DNA of 62,803 nt from the NCBI GenBank assembly GCA_035535815.1, contig DATLPI010000056.1:1-62803 (forward strand), given 5' to 3'. Made by a program: the position numbers and the translations under genes. Below the pieces are notes generated by a model, which saw only the letters and a program-made list of their open reading frames with translations, had not been told where the DNA came from and searched no databases. Of the stretch, positions 34,827 through 42,082 are shown in pieces (within the stretch, counting starts at the first letter, position 1; the number at the start of each line of letters is the position of its first letter). The DNA is from Actinomycetota bacterium. GTDB taxonomy: Bacteria; Actinomycetota; UBA4738; HRBIN12.

Positions 34827-35998
34827 GCGGCGAAGACCGCCGTGTGGGGGAGCAGGACGGTCTCGCGCGTGCGGCAGGGTTCGTCGACGCCCAGCTTCCG
34901 GCCGACCACGTCGGCGCACACCTCGGCCATGCCACGAAGGGTCGTGCCCTTGCCGCCGGTGATCGTGACGAATCCCTCGAGGCCGTCGTCGACGGCGTGG
35001 TCGATCGTCTTGAAGGTGCGCGAGAGCTCGCGTCCCGAGTCGGCGTCGTCCTTGGAACCGATCAGCGGCCGAGCCGCCGACCACGCCGAGCGGAAGGGCG
35101 CCTCGCGCACGGCGGGGACCAACATCGATCCCTCGTCGATCATGCGTTGGACGTGGTCCTGGGGAACGCCGAGGTCGTCGGGATCCTCGACCACCCACGA
35201 GCTGGTGCCCACGACCGAGAGTGCGCGCTGCGGAACCACGATGTCGCCGTCGCCCGAGGCGTGCAGGCGGTTCACCACCATGTTGCAGAGCCGGCCGCGC
35301 ACCGCGAGCATGACGCCGGGGGAGGGCCGGATCGGCACGTCCACCCCGGCCATGTGGGCGACCTGTTCCGACCAGGGGCCGGTGGCGTTGACCACGAGGT
35401 CGGCGCCGATCGTGCTCTCGCGACCGGTGACGACATCACGCACGCGCGCGCCGGTCACCACGCCGCCGCCGCGCTCGAGATCCGTGACATCGACGTAGTT
35501 GAGCAGGACCGCGCCGTTCGCCTTCGCTGTGGCGAAGAACCGTAGCGGCATCCGCATGGCGTCCATCGTGGCGTCGGGCACGCGCACCGCGACCTTCAGC
35601 TCGGGGTTGAGCATGGGCTCGAGCCGGAGCGCCTCGTCGGGCTGCAGGACCTGGGTGCGGATCCCGGTCTCTTCGCAGCCCGCCAGGAACGCCGGGAGGT
35701 AGGCCATGTCCTCGTCGGTGATGGCCACGAACAGACCGTCGTTCTCCTCGAACGAGCCGGGCGCGATGTGTCGAAGGAGCGTGTTCTCCTCGATGCACTC
35801 CACGGCCGACTCCTTGTCGTTGACGGCGTAGCGCGCGCCGCTGTGCAGCAGGCCGTGGTGCCGTCCCGTGGTCCCCGAAGTGAACTCCCCACGCTCGACC
35901 AACGTGACCTGCATGCCACGGAGCGCGAGGTCGTGCGCGAGCGCGCCGCCGGTTCCGCCGCCGCCGATGATCAGGACATGTGGGCTCGAGCGCCTCAT
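34823..35998 (-). CDS. FAD-dependent glycerol-3-phosphate dehydrogenase, GlpA-type N-terminal catalytic region only
   Basis: 391 aa with VLIIGGGGTGGALAHDLALRG, ERGEFTSGTTGRHHGLLHSGARYAVNDKESAVECIEEN, VVNATGPW and TITGGKGTTLR. It is collinear by eye with the first ~400 residues of E. coli GlpA and stops before the BFD-like C-terminal domain. Confidence 0.85.
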   Translation of the reverse strand: MRRSSPHVLIIGGGGTGGALAHDLALRGMQVTLVERGEFTSGTTGRHHGLLHSGARYAVNDKESAVECIEENTLLRHIAPGSFEENDGLFVAITDEDMAYLPAFLAGCEETGIRTQVLQPDEALRLEPMLNPELKVAVRVPDATMDAMRMPLRFFATAKANGAVLLNYVDVTDLERGGGVVTGARVRDVVTGRESTIGADLVVNATGPWSEQVAHMAGVDVPIRPSPGVMLAVRGRLCNMVVNRLHASGDGDIVVPQRALSVVGTSSWVVEDPDDLGVPQDHVQRMIDEGSMLVPAVREAPFRSAWSAARPLIGSKDDADSGRELSRTFKTIDHAVDDGLEGFVTITGGKGTTLRGMAEVCADVVGRKLGVDEPCRTRETVLLPHTAVFAA

Positions 35999-36049
35999 TG
36001 ACCGTGCATCATCGCGCCGGTTCCACGACGGCGGGTGGCCGCCGCCACG

Positions 36050-36301
36050 TCAGTCCTCCGCGGTTTCTTCCCCGCGCGCGAAGTCGCCGCGCTGCGGGGT
36101 GGTGGGATCTTCGTCCTCGTCGGTTTGACCTTCGGCGAACGTCCCCTTCTCGGTCTCCGCAGGCTCGTGATGCTCCCGCTCTTGACCCTCGGCGAAGTCG
36201 CCGTGGCGGTCCTCCTCGGGATCGTGCTTCTCCTCTGCCTGGCCTTCGGCGAAGAACCCTTCGTGCTCGTCCTTGTCTTTGTCCTTCTCGTCTTCGGTCA
36301 T
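36050..36301 (-). CDS. Small acidic, His-rich repeat protein (four G-x-F-A-E/R-G-Q/E repeats, 19-aa period)
   Basis: 83 aa from ATG 36301, with GGAG 8 nt upstream. It starts 15 nt after the glpK stop. Sequence: MTEDEKDKDKDEHEGFFAEGQAEEKHDPEEDRHGDFAEGQEREHHEPAETEKGTFAEGQTDEDEDPTTPQRGDFARGEETAED. Third positions are G/C-rich, consistent with coding. Confidence 0.6.
   Translation of the reverse strand: MTEDEKDKDKDEHEGFFAEGQAEEKHDPEEDRHGDFAEGQEREHHEPAETEKGTFAEGQTDEDEDPTTPQRGDFARGEETAED
36053..36259 (-). repeat. Intragenic tandem repeat, ~57 nt (19 codons), about 3.6 copies
   Basis: The repeat anchors GFFAEGQ, GDFAEGQ, GTFAEGQ and GDFARGE begin at residues 15, 34, 53 and 72 of the small acidic protein. 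Confidence 0.8.
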
Positions 36302-36316
36302 GTGGGGCACTCCGAT

Positions 36317-37813
36317 CTACTCGACCCAGTCGAACGTTCGGGTGACGGCCTTCTTCCAGTTCGCGTACTCGGAAGCCACCTTGTCCGCAGACATCTGGGG
36401 CTTCCACTCCTTGTCCTTGCCCCAGTACTGGCGCAGCTCGTCGGTGTCCTTCCAGAATCCGACCGCCAGGCCGGCGGCGTAGGCGGCGCCCAGCGCGGTG
36501 GTTTCGGCGATCTTCGGCCGGATCACAGGAACCTGCAACGAGTCGGCCTGGAACTGCATCAGGACCTCGTTGTAGACCATGCCGCCGTCGACCTTGAGCT
36601 CCTTGAGCGTGACGCCGGAGTCGGTTTCCATGGCGTCGAGCACCTCACGGGTCTGCCACGCGGTGGCTTCCAGGGTGGCGCGGGCGATGTGGCCCTTGTT
36701 GACGTAGCGGGTCATCCCCACGATCGCGCCGCGCGCGTCGCCCCGCCAATACGGAGCGAACAGGCCCGAGAACGCCGGCACGAAGTAGATGCCACCGTTG
36801 TCATCAACCGTCGCCGCGAGTTCCTCGATCTCCTGGGAGGTGCTGATGATGCCCAGGTTGTCGCGGAGCCACTGGACGAGGGCGCCCGCGATCGCGATGG
36901 CGCCCTCCAGGCAGTACACCGCGGGTTGGTCGCCCAGCTTCCACCCCACGGTGGTGAGCAGGCCCGACTTCGAGTGGACCAGCTCGGTACCGGTGTTCAG
37001 GAGCATGAAGCAGCCGGTGCCGTACGTGTTCTTGGCGTCACCGACGTCGTAGGCGGCCTGCCCGAAGGTTGCGGCCTGCTGATCGCCCAGGATCCCGGCG
37101 ACGGGGATGCCGGCAAGCGTGCCCTTGGCCTCACCGTAGACGGCCGAGGAGGGCTCGATCGAAGGCAGCATCGACCTCGGTACGCCGATCGCGGACAGGA
37201 GGTCGTCGTCCCAGTCGAGGGTCGCCAGGTCCATCAACATCGTGCGGCTCGCGTTCGAGACGTCGGTGACGTGGCGCCCGCCGTCGACGCCGCCGGTGAG
37301 GTTCCACACGCACCATGTGTCCATGTTGCCGAACATGAGATCGCCGGCCTCGGCGCGCGCCCGGGCACCCTCGACGTTGTCGAGGATCCAGCGGACCTTG
37401 GTGCCGGAGAAGTACGTCGCCAACGGCAGCCCGGTCTTGGCGCGGAAGCGGTCCTGACCGCCGTCGGCCGCCAGCGCATCCACGATGTCCTGCTGGCGCG
37501 TGTCCTGCCAGACCAGGGCGTTGTAGACGGGCTCACCGGTGTTCCGGTCCCACACCAGGGCGGTTTCGCGCTGGTTCGTGATGCCGATCGCGGCGAGGTC
37601 GCTCGCGGAGATGTTCGCATTCTTCAACGCGCCGTCGATCACGTCGGTGGCGCGGGCCCAGACCTCTTTCGGGTCGTGTTCGACCCATCCGGGGTTGGGG
37701 AAGATCTGCTCGTGCTCCTTCTGGTCGATGCCCACGACGCTGCCGCCGTGGTCGAAGATCATGAACCGCGTGCTCGTGGTGCCTTGGTCCAGCGCTCCCA
37801 CGTAGTCAGCCAT
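36317..37813 (-). CDS. glpK: Glycerol kinase
   Basis: 498 aa with [30 protein letters not shown] and GTGCF. A strong RBS, GAAGGAGG, precedes ATG 37813. Confidence 0.97.
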   Translation of the reverse strand: MADYVGALDQGTTSTRFMIFDHGGSVVGIDQKEHEQIFPNPGWVEHDPKEVWARATDVIDGALKNANISASDLAAIGITNQRETALVWDRNTGEPVYNALVWQDTRQQDIVDALAADGGQDRFRAKTGLPLATYFSGTKVRWILDNVEGARARAEAGDLMFGNMDTWCVWNLTGGVDGGRHVTDVSNASRTMLMDLATLDWDDDLLSAIGVPRSMLPSIEPSSAVYGEAKGTLAGIPVAGILGDQQAATFGQAAYDVGDAKNTYGTGCFMLLNTGTELVHSKSGLLTTVGWKLGDQPAVYCLEGAIAIAGALVQWLRDNLGIISTSQEIEELAATVDDNGGIYFVPAFSGLFAPYWRGDARGAIVGMTRYVNKGHIARATLEATAWQTREVLDAMETDSGVTLKELKVDGGMVYNEVLMQFQADSLQVPVIRPKIAETTALGAAYAAGLAVGFWKDTDELRQYWGKDKEWKPQMSADKVASEYANWKKAVTRTFDWVE

Positions 37814-37873
37814 GAGGGACCTCCTTCTCGTCGTCGGCTGCTTCCTTCAGTTACATCTTGTGCCTGTCGGGGC

Positions 37874-38515
37874 TCAAGCGTCGCCGGCCCAAACGTCGGC
37901 GGCGGTCTTCAACAACAGGTAGGAGGAGGTGGCGCCGGGGTCCTGATGCCCCGCGCTGCGCTCTCCCAGGTAGCTCGCGCGACCCTTGCGGGCCACCAGC
38001 GGGATCGTGTCCTTCATGCCCTGTTCGCCCGCTTCGGCCGAGCGCCGGAGCGCCGCGGGCAGCTCCGCTCCGTCGGCGACGGCCGCCGCGAACGCGTCGC
38101 GCGCGGGGATCAGGGCATCGAGCATCGTCTTGTCTCCCGCTTCGGCCTTGCCTCGGGCCTGGACACCCGTGACGGCGGCCTCCAACGCCGCCTGCCAGTC
38201 GGGCGCCGTGAGCTCGTCCTTGCCGGCCGTGGCCACACCCAGCTGCAGGAACAGCGTGCCGTACAACGGCCCACCGGCGCCTCCGACCGTGGAGACCAGG
38301 GTCATCCCCACGGTCTTGAACATGGCGCCGATGTCGTCGCCGGAAGGGGTCGCGTCGAGCTTGCCGATGACGGCCTGCATGCCGCGATCCATGTTGATGC
38401 CGTGGTCGGCATCGCCGATGGCCGAGTCGAGTTCGGTGAGGTAGGTCTTCTGGTCGGCGATCACCTCAGCGAAGGTCTTGACCCATCGGAGGACGTCTTC
38501 GTACGGCACGCTCAT
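37874..38515 (-). CDS. dhaL: Dihydroxyacetone kinase ADP-binding subunit DhaL (DAK2 domain)
   Basis: 213 aa with LDSAIGDADHGINMDRG, GGAGGPLYGT and ARKGRASYLGERSAGHQDPGA. Confidence 0.93.
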   Translation of the reverse strand: MSVPYEDVLRWVKTFAEVIADQKTYLTELDSAIGDADHGINMDRGMQAVIGKLDATPSGDDIGAMFKTVGMTLVSTVGGAGGPLYGTLFLQLGVATAGKDELTAPDWQAALEAAVTGVQARGKAEAGDKTMLDALIPARDAFAAAVADGAELPAALRRSAEAGEQGMKDTIPLVARKGRASYLGERSAGHQDPGATSSYLLLKTAADVWAGDA

Positions 38516-38561
38516 CGGATCCGCCCCCTCCCGAAGGCCGGCTCGTCGTGATGGATGTGGG

Positions 38562-39563
38562 TCAGGCGCCCCACCGCAGTCCGGCGGTCTTGACCGGGGC
38601 GTCCCACAGCTTGGTGTAGTCGTCGTTCAGCTTCAGCAGCGTGATCGAGCAGCCGGCCATCTCGAGCGACGTGATGTAGGAGCCGATCAGGTTCCGGGTG
38701 ATCGTGATGCCACGACCCTTCAGGAACTTGTTCAGCTCGTTGTAGACCACGTACAGCTCGATCAGCGGGGTGCCGCCCATGCCGTTGACGAACGCCAGCA
38801 CGTTGTCCCCGCTGGAGAACGGCAGGTCCTCGACGACGGCGGTGGCCATCAGCTCGACGATCTCGGAGGCGGGCTTCATCTTCATGCGCTCGCGCCCTGG
38901 TTCGCCGTGGATCCCCACGCCCATCTCGATCTCGTCGTCGCCGAGCTCGAAGGTGGGAGTGCCGGCTGCCGGGACGGTGCACGACGTCAGCGCCATGCCC
39001 ATGGAGCGGGCGTTCGCGTTGACCTCGCGGCAGATGTCGGCGACCTCCTTGAGCGGTCGCTGTTCTTCGGCCGCCGCACCGGCGATCTTCTCCATCAGCA
39101 CGGTGGCGCCGACACCGCGGCGTCCGGCCGTGTACAGGGAGTCCTGTACGGCGACGTCGTCGTCGACCACGACCGCCTCGACGTCGGTGCCTTCGGAGCG
39201 ACACAGCTCGGCCGCCATCTCGAAGTTCATCACGTCGCCGGTGTAGTTCTTGACGATGTGCACGACGCCCGCGCCACCCTCGACGGCCTTGGTGGCCGCC
39301 TCCATCTGGTCCGGCGTGGGGGAGGTGAAGACCTCTCCGGGACATGCGGCGTCGAGCATGCCCTTGCCGACGAACCCGCCGTGCATCGGTTCGTGGCCCG
39401 AGCCACCACCGGACAACAACGCGACCTTGCCTTGGATCGGGGATTCCTTGCGGGTGATGTAGTAGGGGTCGTAGAAGACCTTGACGAGATCGCCGTGGGC
39501 GGCCTCGATCCCCTGGAGTTCCTCGCGAACGACGTTCGCGGGGTCGTTGATCAACTTCTTCAT
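38562..39563 (-). CDS. dhaK: Dihydroxyacetone kinase substrate-binding subunit DhaK (DAK1 domain)
   Basis: Contains [27 protein letters not shown] and [10 protein letters not shown] prefer ATG 39563 over the track GTG 39590. Confidence 0.93.
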   Translation of the reverse strand: MKKLINDPANVVREELQGIEAAHGDLVKVFYDPYYITRKESPIQGKVALLSGGGSGHEPMHGGFVGKGMLDAACPGEVFTSPTPDQMEAATKAVEGGAGVVHIVKNYTGDVMNFEMAAELCRSEGTDVEAVVVDDDVAVQDSLYTAGRRGVGATVLMEKIAGAAAEEQRPLKEVADICREVNANARSMGMALTSCTVPAAGTPTFELGDDEIEMGVGIHGEPGRERMKMKPASEIVELMATAVVEDLPFSSGDNVLAFVNGMGGTPLIELYVVYNELNKFLKGRGITITRNLIGSYITSLEMAGCSITLLKLNDDYTKLWDAPVKTAGLRWGA

Positions 39564-39635
39564 GCGTTGCCTCGCTTCCGTGCTCGTCACAGGGCCTGTC
39601 GCTGCCGACCCTGCGACGAGCGTTCGTGTCGTCGT

Positions 39636-40427
39636 TTACAGGTCGAAGATCGCCTTGGCTGCCAGTGCCCCGAGGACGCCGCCCACGATGGGTCCGACCA
39701 CCGGGATCCACGAGTACGCCCAATCCGAGCTCCCCTTCCCGGCGATCGGAAGGATGGCGTGCATGATCCGCGGGCCGAGGTCTCGGGCCGGGTTGATGGC
39801 GTAGCCGGTGGGACCGCCGAGCGCCAGGCCGATCCCGAGCACGAGGAGCGCAACCGCCAGTCCTGGGAGGGTGCCGAAGGTCGAGCCGCCGATGATCTGG
39901 GTGAGCACGATCGCCACGATCCCGAACACCAGCATGAAGGTGCCGATGATCTCGGTGATCAGGTTCGCCACGGTGTTGCGGATCGCGGGACCGGTGGAGA
40001 AGACGGCGAGCTTGAGTCCCGGGTCTTCGGTTTCGGCCCAGTGTGCGAGGTAGGCGAGGTACACGAGGGTTGCTCCGATGAAGGCGCCGACGAACTGCCC
40101 GGCGATCAACGTGGGGACATCCGCCCACTTCACGGCGTCGATCGAGGCGAGCCCGATCGTGACGGCCGGGTTCAGCTGCGCGACCCCACCTGTCACCGCG
40201 AGGCTCGTGATGACACCGAACAACACACCCAGGGCCCACGCCCAGGTGATGACGATCCATCCGCCGTTCTGAGACTTCGACTTGTTGAGCAGCACACCGG
40301 CAACCACGCCGTCACCGATCAACACCAAGACGGCCGTGCCGACCACCTCTCCGAGGAACATCTGGGTGACCACCCCCTCCTGTTTCGCTCCCTCGGTGAT
40401 CGAGGGCAGCTGTCGGGCGATAGCCAA
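39636..40427 (-). CDS. glpF: MIP-family aquaglyceroporin (glycerol uptake facilitator)
   Basis: Six TM helices and two NPA boxes (LNPAVT, INPARD). The start is uncertain: TTG 40427 as in the track, or ATG 40361. Confidence 0.9.
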   Translation of the reverse strand: MAIARQLPSITEGAKQEGVVTQMFLGEVVGTAVLVLIGDGVVAGVLLNKSKSQNGGWIVITWAWALGVLFGVITSLAVTGGVAQLNPAVTIGLASIDAVKWADVPTLIAGQFVGAFIGATLVYLAYLAHWAETEDPGLKLAVFSTGPAIRNTVANLITEIIGTFMLVFGIVAIVLTQIIGGSTFGTLPGLAVALLVLGIGLALGGPTGYAINPARDLGPRIMHAILPIAGKGSSDWAYSWIPVVGPIVGGVLGALAAKAIFDL

Positions 40428-40474
40428 AAACGTTCAGCCTTGGATGTCAATAGTGCGATAGGACCGAATGCCTC

Positions 40475-40510
40475 TTGACGTTGCCAGGCGTTGTTCGGCA
40501 TAGTCGAACA
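40475..40510 (+). promoter_or_regulatory. Candidate promoter (TTGACG-18 nt-CATAGT) overlapped by inverted repeat TGTTCG-n7-CGAACA
   Basis: Seen in the glpF/dhaL-paralog divergent intergenic region. TTGACG is at 40475-40480, CATAGT at 40499-40504, and the inverted repeat at 40492-40510. The function is inferred only. Confidence 0.25.
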
Positions 40511-40558
40511 CGATGGTGGCGAAGCAGTGACGAGTTGACACGGAGGTGGGTCGGTCGG

Positions 40559-41236
40559 ATGGTGCATCTGGTGAGTGACAGCCCGTCGACGACCCATGCG
40601 GCGCTGGACGGAACCACCGTGCGTCGGTGGATCCGCGAGAGCGCCGATGTCTTCTCTTCACAGCGCGACTACCTCACCCAGCTCGACGCCGCGATCGGCG
40701 ATGCCGACCACGGCATCAACATGGATCGAGGCTTCTCGGCGGCGGTCGTCGATCTCGACGCGGTGGACGGGTCCGCGCCGGGCGAACTGTTGACGCGCGT
40801 CGGCTCCACGCTGGTCTATCGCGTGGGCGGCGCGGCCGGGCCGCTGTTCGGTGGGTGCTTCCGCCAGGTGGGCAGTGCGCTCGGCACCGCCGAGACCTTC
40901 GACGCCGAAGATCTCCTGAAGGCGCTCCGTGCGGGCCTGGATGCGATCCAAGGACTGGGTGCAGCGGTCGAGGGCGACAAGACGATCGTCGATGCATTCG
41001 TGCCGGCCCTGCAGGCGTTCGAACGGGATCTGCGCGCCGGACGCGACGTCGGACACGCAGCCCACCGCGCCGCGGAGGCCGCGAAGGAAGGATCGCGCGA
41101 AACGATCCCCCTGCAGGCGCGGAAGGGGCGCGCGTCCTACCTGGGACCGCGAAGCGTGGGGCATCAGGATCCGGGTGCCACATCCACGGCGCTGCTCTTC
41201 GCCACCTTGGCCAAGGCGGTCGACGAGCAGCCGTGA
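40559..41236 (+). CDS. Second DhaL-type (DAK2 domain) protein, paralog of the operonic dhaL
   Basis: 225 aa from ATG 40559, with GGAGGTGGG upstream. Contains LDAAIGDADHGINMDRG, GGAAGPLFGG and ARKGRASYLGPRSVGHQDPGA. No adjacent DhaK-type gene on this strand. Confidence 0.85.
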   Translation: MVHLVSDSPSTTHAALDGTTVRRWIRESADVFSSQRDYLTQLDAAIGDADHGINMDRGFSAAVVDLDAVDGSAPGELLTRVGSTLVYRVGGAAGPLFGGCFRQVGSALGTAETFDAEDLLKALRAGLDAIQGLGAAVEGDKTIVDAFVPALQAFERDLRAGRDVGHAAHRAAEAAKEGSRETIPLQARKGRASYLGPRSVGHQDPGATSTALLFATLAKAVDEQP

Positions 41237-42030
41237 GCGCCACCGGTGAGCGGCGAGGAACGATCCAGTCCGTCGACCGCGCCGCCCGCATCCTGAAGGC
41301 GCTCGGTTCGGGATCCTCGAGACTCGGCGTCACCGAGGTCGCGGATCGGCTCGGCCTCGCGAAGGGGACCGTCTACGGCCTCCTTCGCACCCTCGAAGCG
41401 CAGGAGTTGGTGGAACAGGATCCCGAGTCGGGCAAGTACCGACTCGGGCCGGCCATGCTCCAGCTGGGCAACGCCTTCCTCGACAACCACGAGCTCCGCG
41501 GCCGCTCGCTGCTGTGGGCGGACTCCCTGGCCTCGCGGGTCGGTGAAGCCGTGCGCGTGGGTGTGCTGCACGGGCCGAACGTCTTGATCGTGCATCACGT
41601 GTTCCGACCGGACAACTCCGTGCAGATCCTGGAGGTGGGCGCGTCCATCCCGTGGCACGCATGTGCGCTCGGCAAGGCGATCGTCGCCTACCTCGGCGAG
41701 GACGAGCGGGCGGCCCTGGTGCGCCACGACCTCGCGCCGCTCACCGGGCGGACGGTCGTGGATCCCGAGCGGCTGCATCTGGCGCTCACCACGGTCGTGC
41801 ACGACGGTCTCGCCCTGGAGGACCAGGAGGCCATCGTGGGGGAGGCGGAGATCGCCGCCGCGGTGTTCGACCACCGCGGCTACCCCGCGGGCGCCGTCGG
41901 TGTGGTGGGCCCGGTCGAACGGCTCGTCCCCGAAGGCAAAACGTCGGCAGCGTTGTCGGCCGCCGTCCGCGAAACCGCTCGGGGGTTGTCCCGTGACATG
42001 GGCGCCGGCCGCGTGGCCGCGCGCGGCTGA
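41233..42030 (+). CDS. IclR-family transcriptional regulator
   Basis: 265 aa from GTG 41233, with a GTGA overlap with the dhaL paralog. The HTH reads SVDRAARILKALGSGSSRLGVTEVADRLGLAKGTVYGLLRTLE, followed by a C-terminal IclR effector domain. Trimmed from track ORF 40627. Confidence 0.88.
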   Translation: MSATGERRGTIQSVDRAARILKALGSGSSRLGVTEVADRLGLAKGTVYGLLRTLEAQELVEQDPESGKYRLGPAMLQLGNAFLDNHELRGRSLLWADSLASRVGEAVRVGVLHGPNVLIVHHVFRPDNSVQILEVGASIPWHACALGKAIVAYLGEDERAALVRHDLAPLTGRTVVDPERLHLALTTVVHDGLALEDQEAIVGEAEIAAAVFDHRGYPAGAVGVVGPVERLVPEGKTSAALSAAVRETARGLSRDMGAGRVAARG

Positions 42031-42082
42031 GTCCGCCGGGCGCGGTCATCATCGAGGGTCTGCACCGAATAGGCTTGCGCCC

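Noticed and set aside
33599-35198. Long N-terminal extensions of the track ORFs 33203-34246 (347 aa) and 34053-35198 (381 aa).
   Set aside because: The extensions are Arg/Pro/Gly-rich and overlap the neighbouring real genes out of frame. Internal starts at 33598 and 34826 give proteins of SdhD-like and SdhB-like size and create precise ATGA couplings.
36035-38551. 838-aa plus-strand ORF, the longest in the window.
   Set aside because: It lies exactly antisense to glpK, dhaL and the small acidic protein, all of which have unmistakable family motifs and RBSs. Its product is low-complexity (R/G/V/L/H-rich) with no recognisable domain. Long stop-free antisense frames are expected at this GC content.
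38478-40478. 666-aa plus-strand ORF and the 582-aa minus-strand ORF (38512-40260) over dhaK/glpF.
   Set aside because: Both are alternative frames over genes with clear DAK1 and MIP (two NPA boxes) signatures. Their products are Arg/Gly/His/Asp-rich without motifs.
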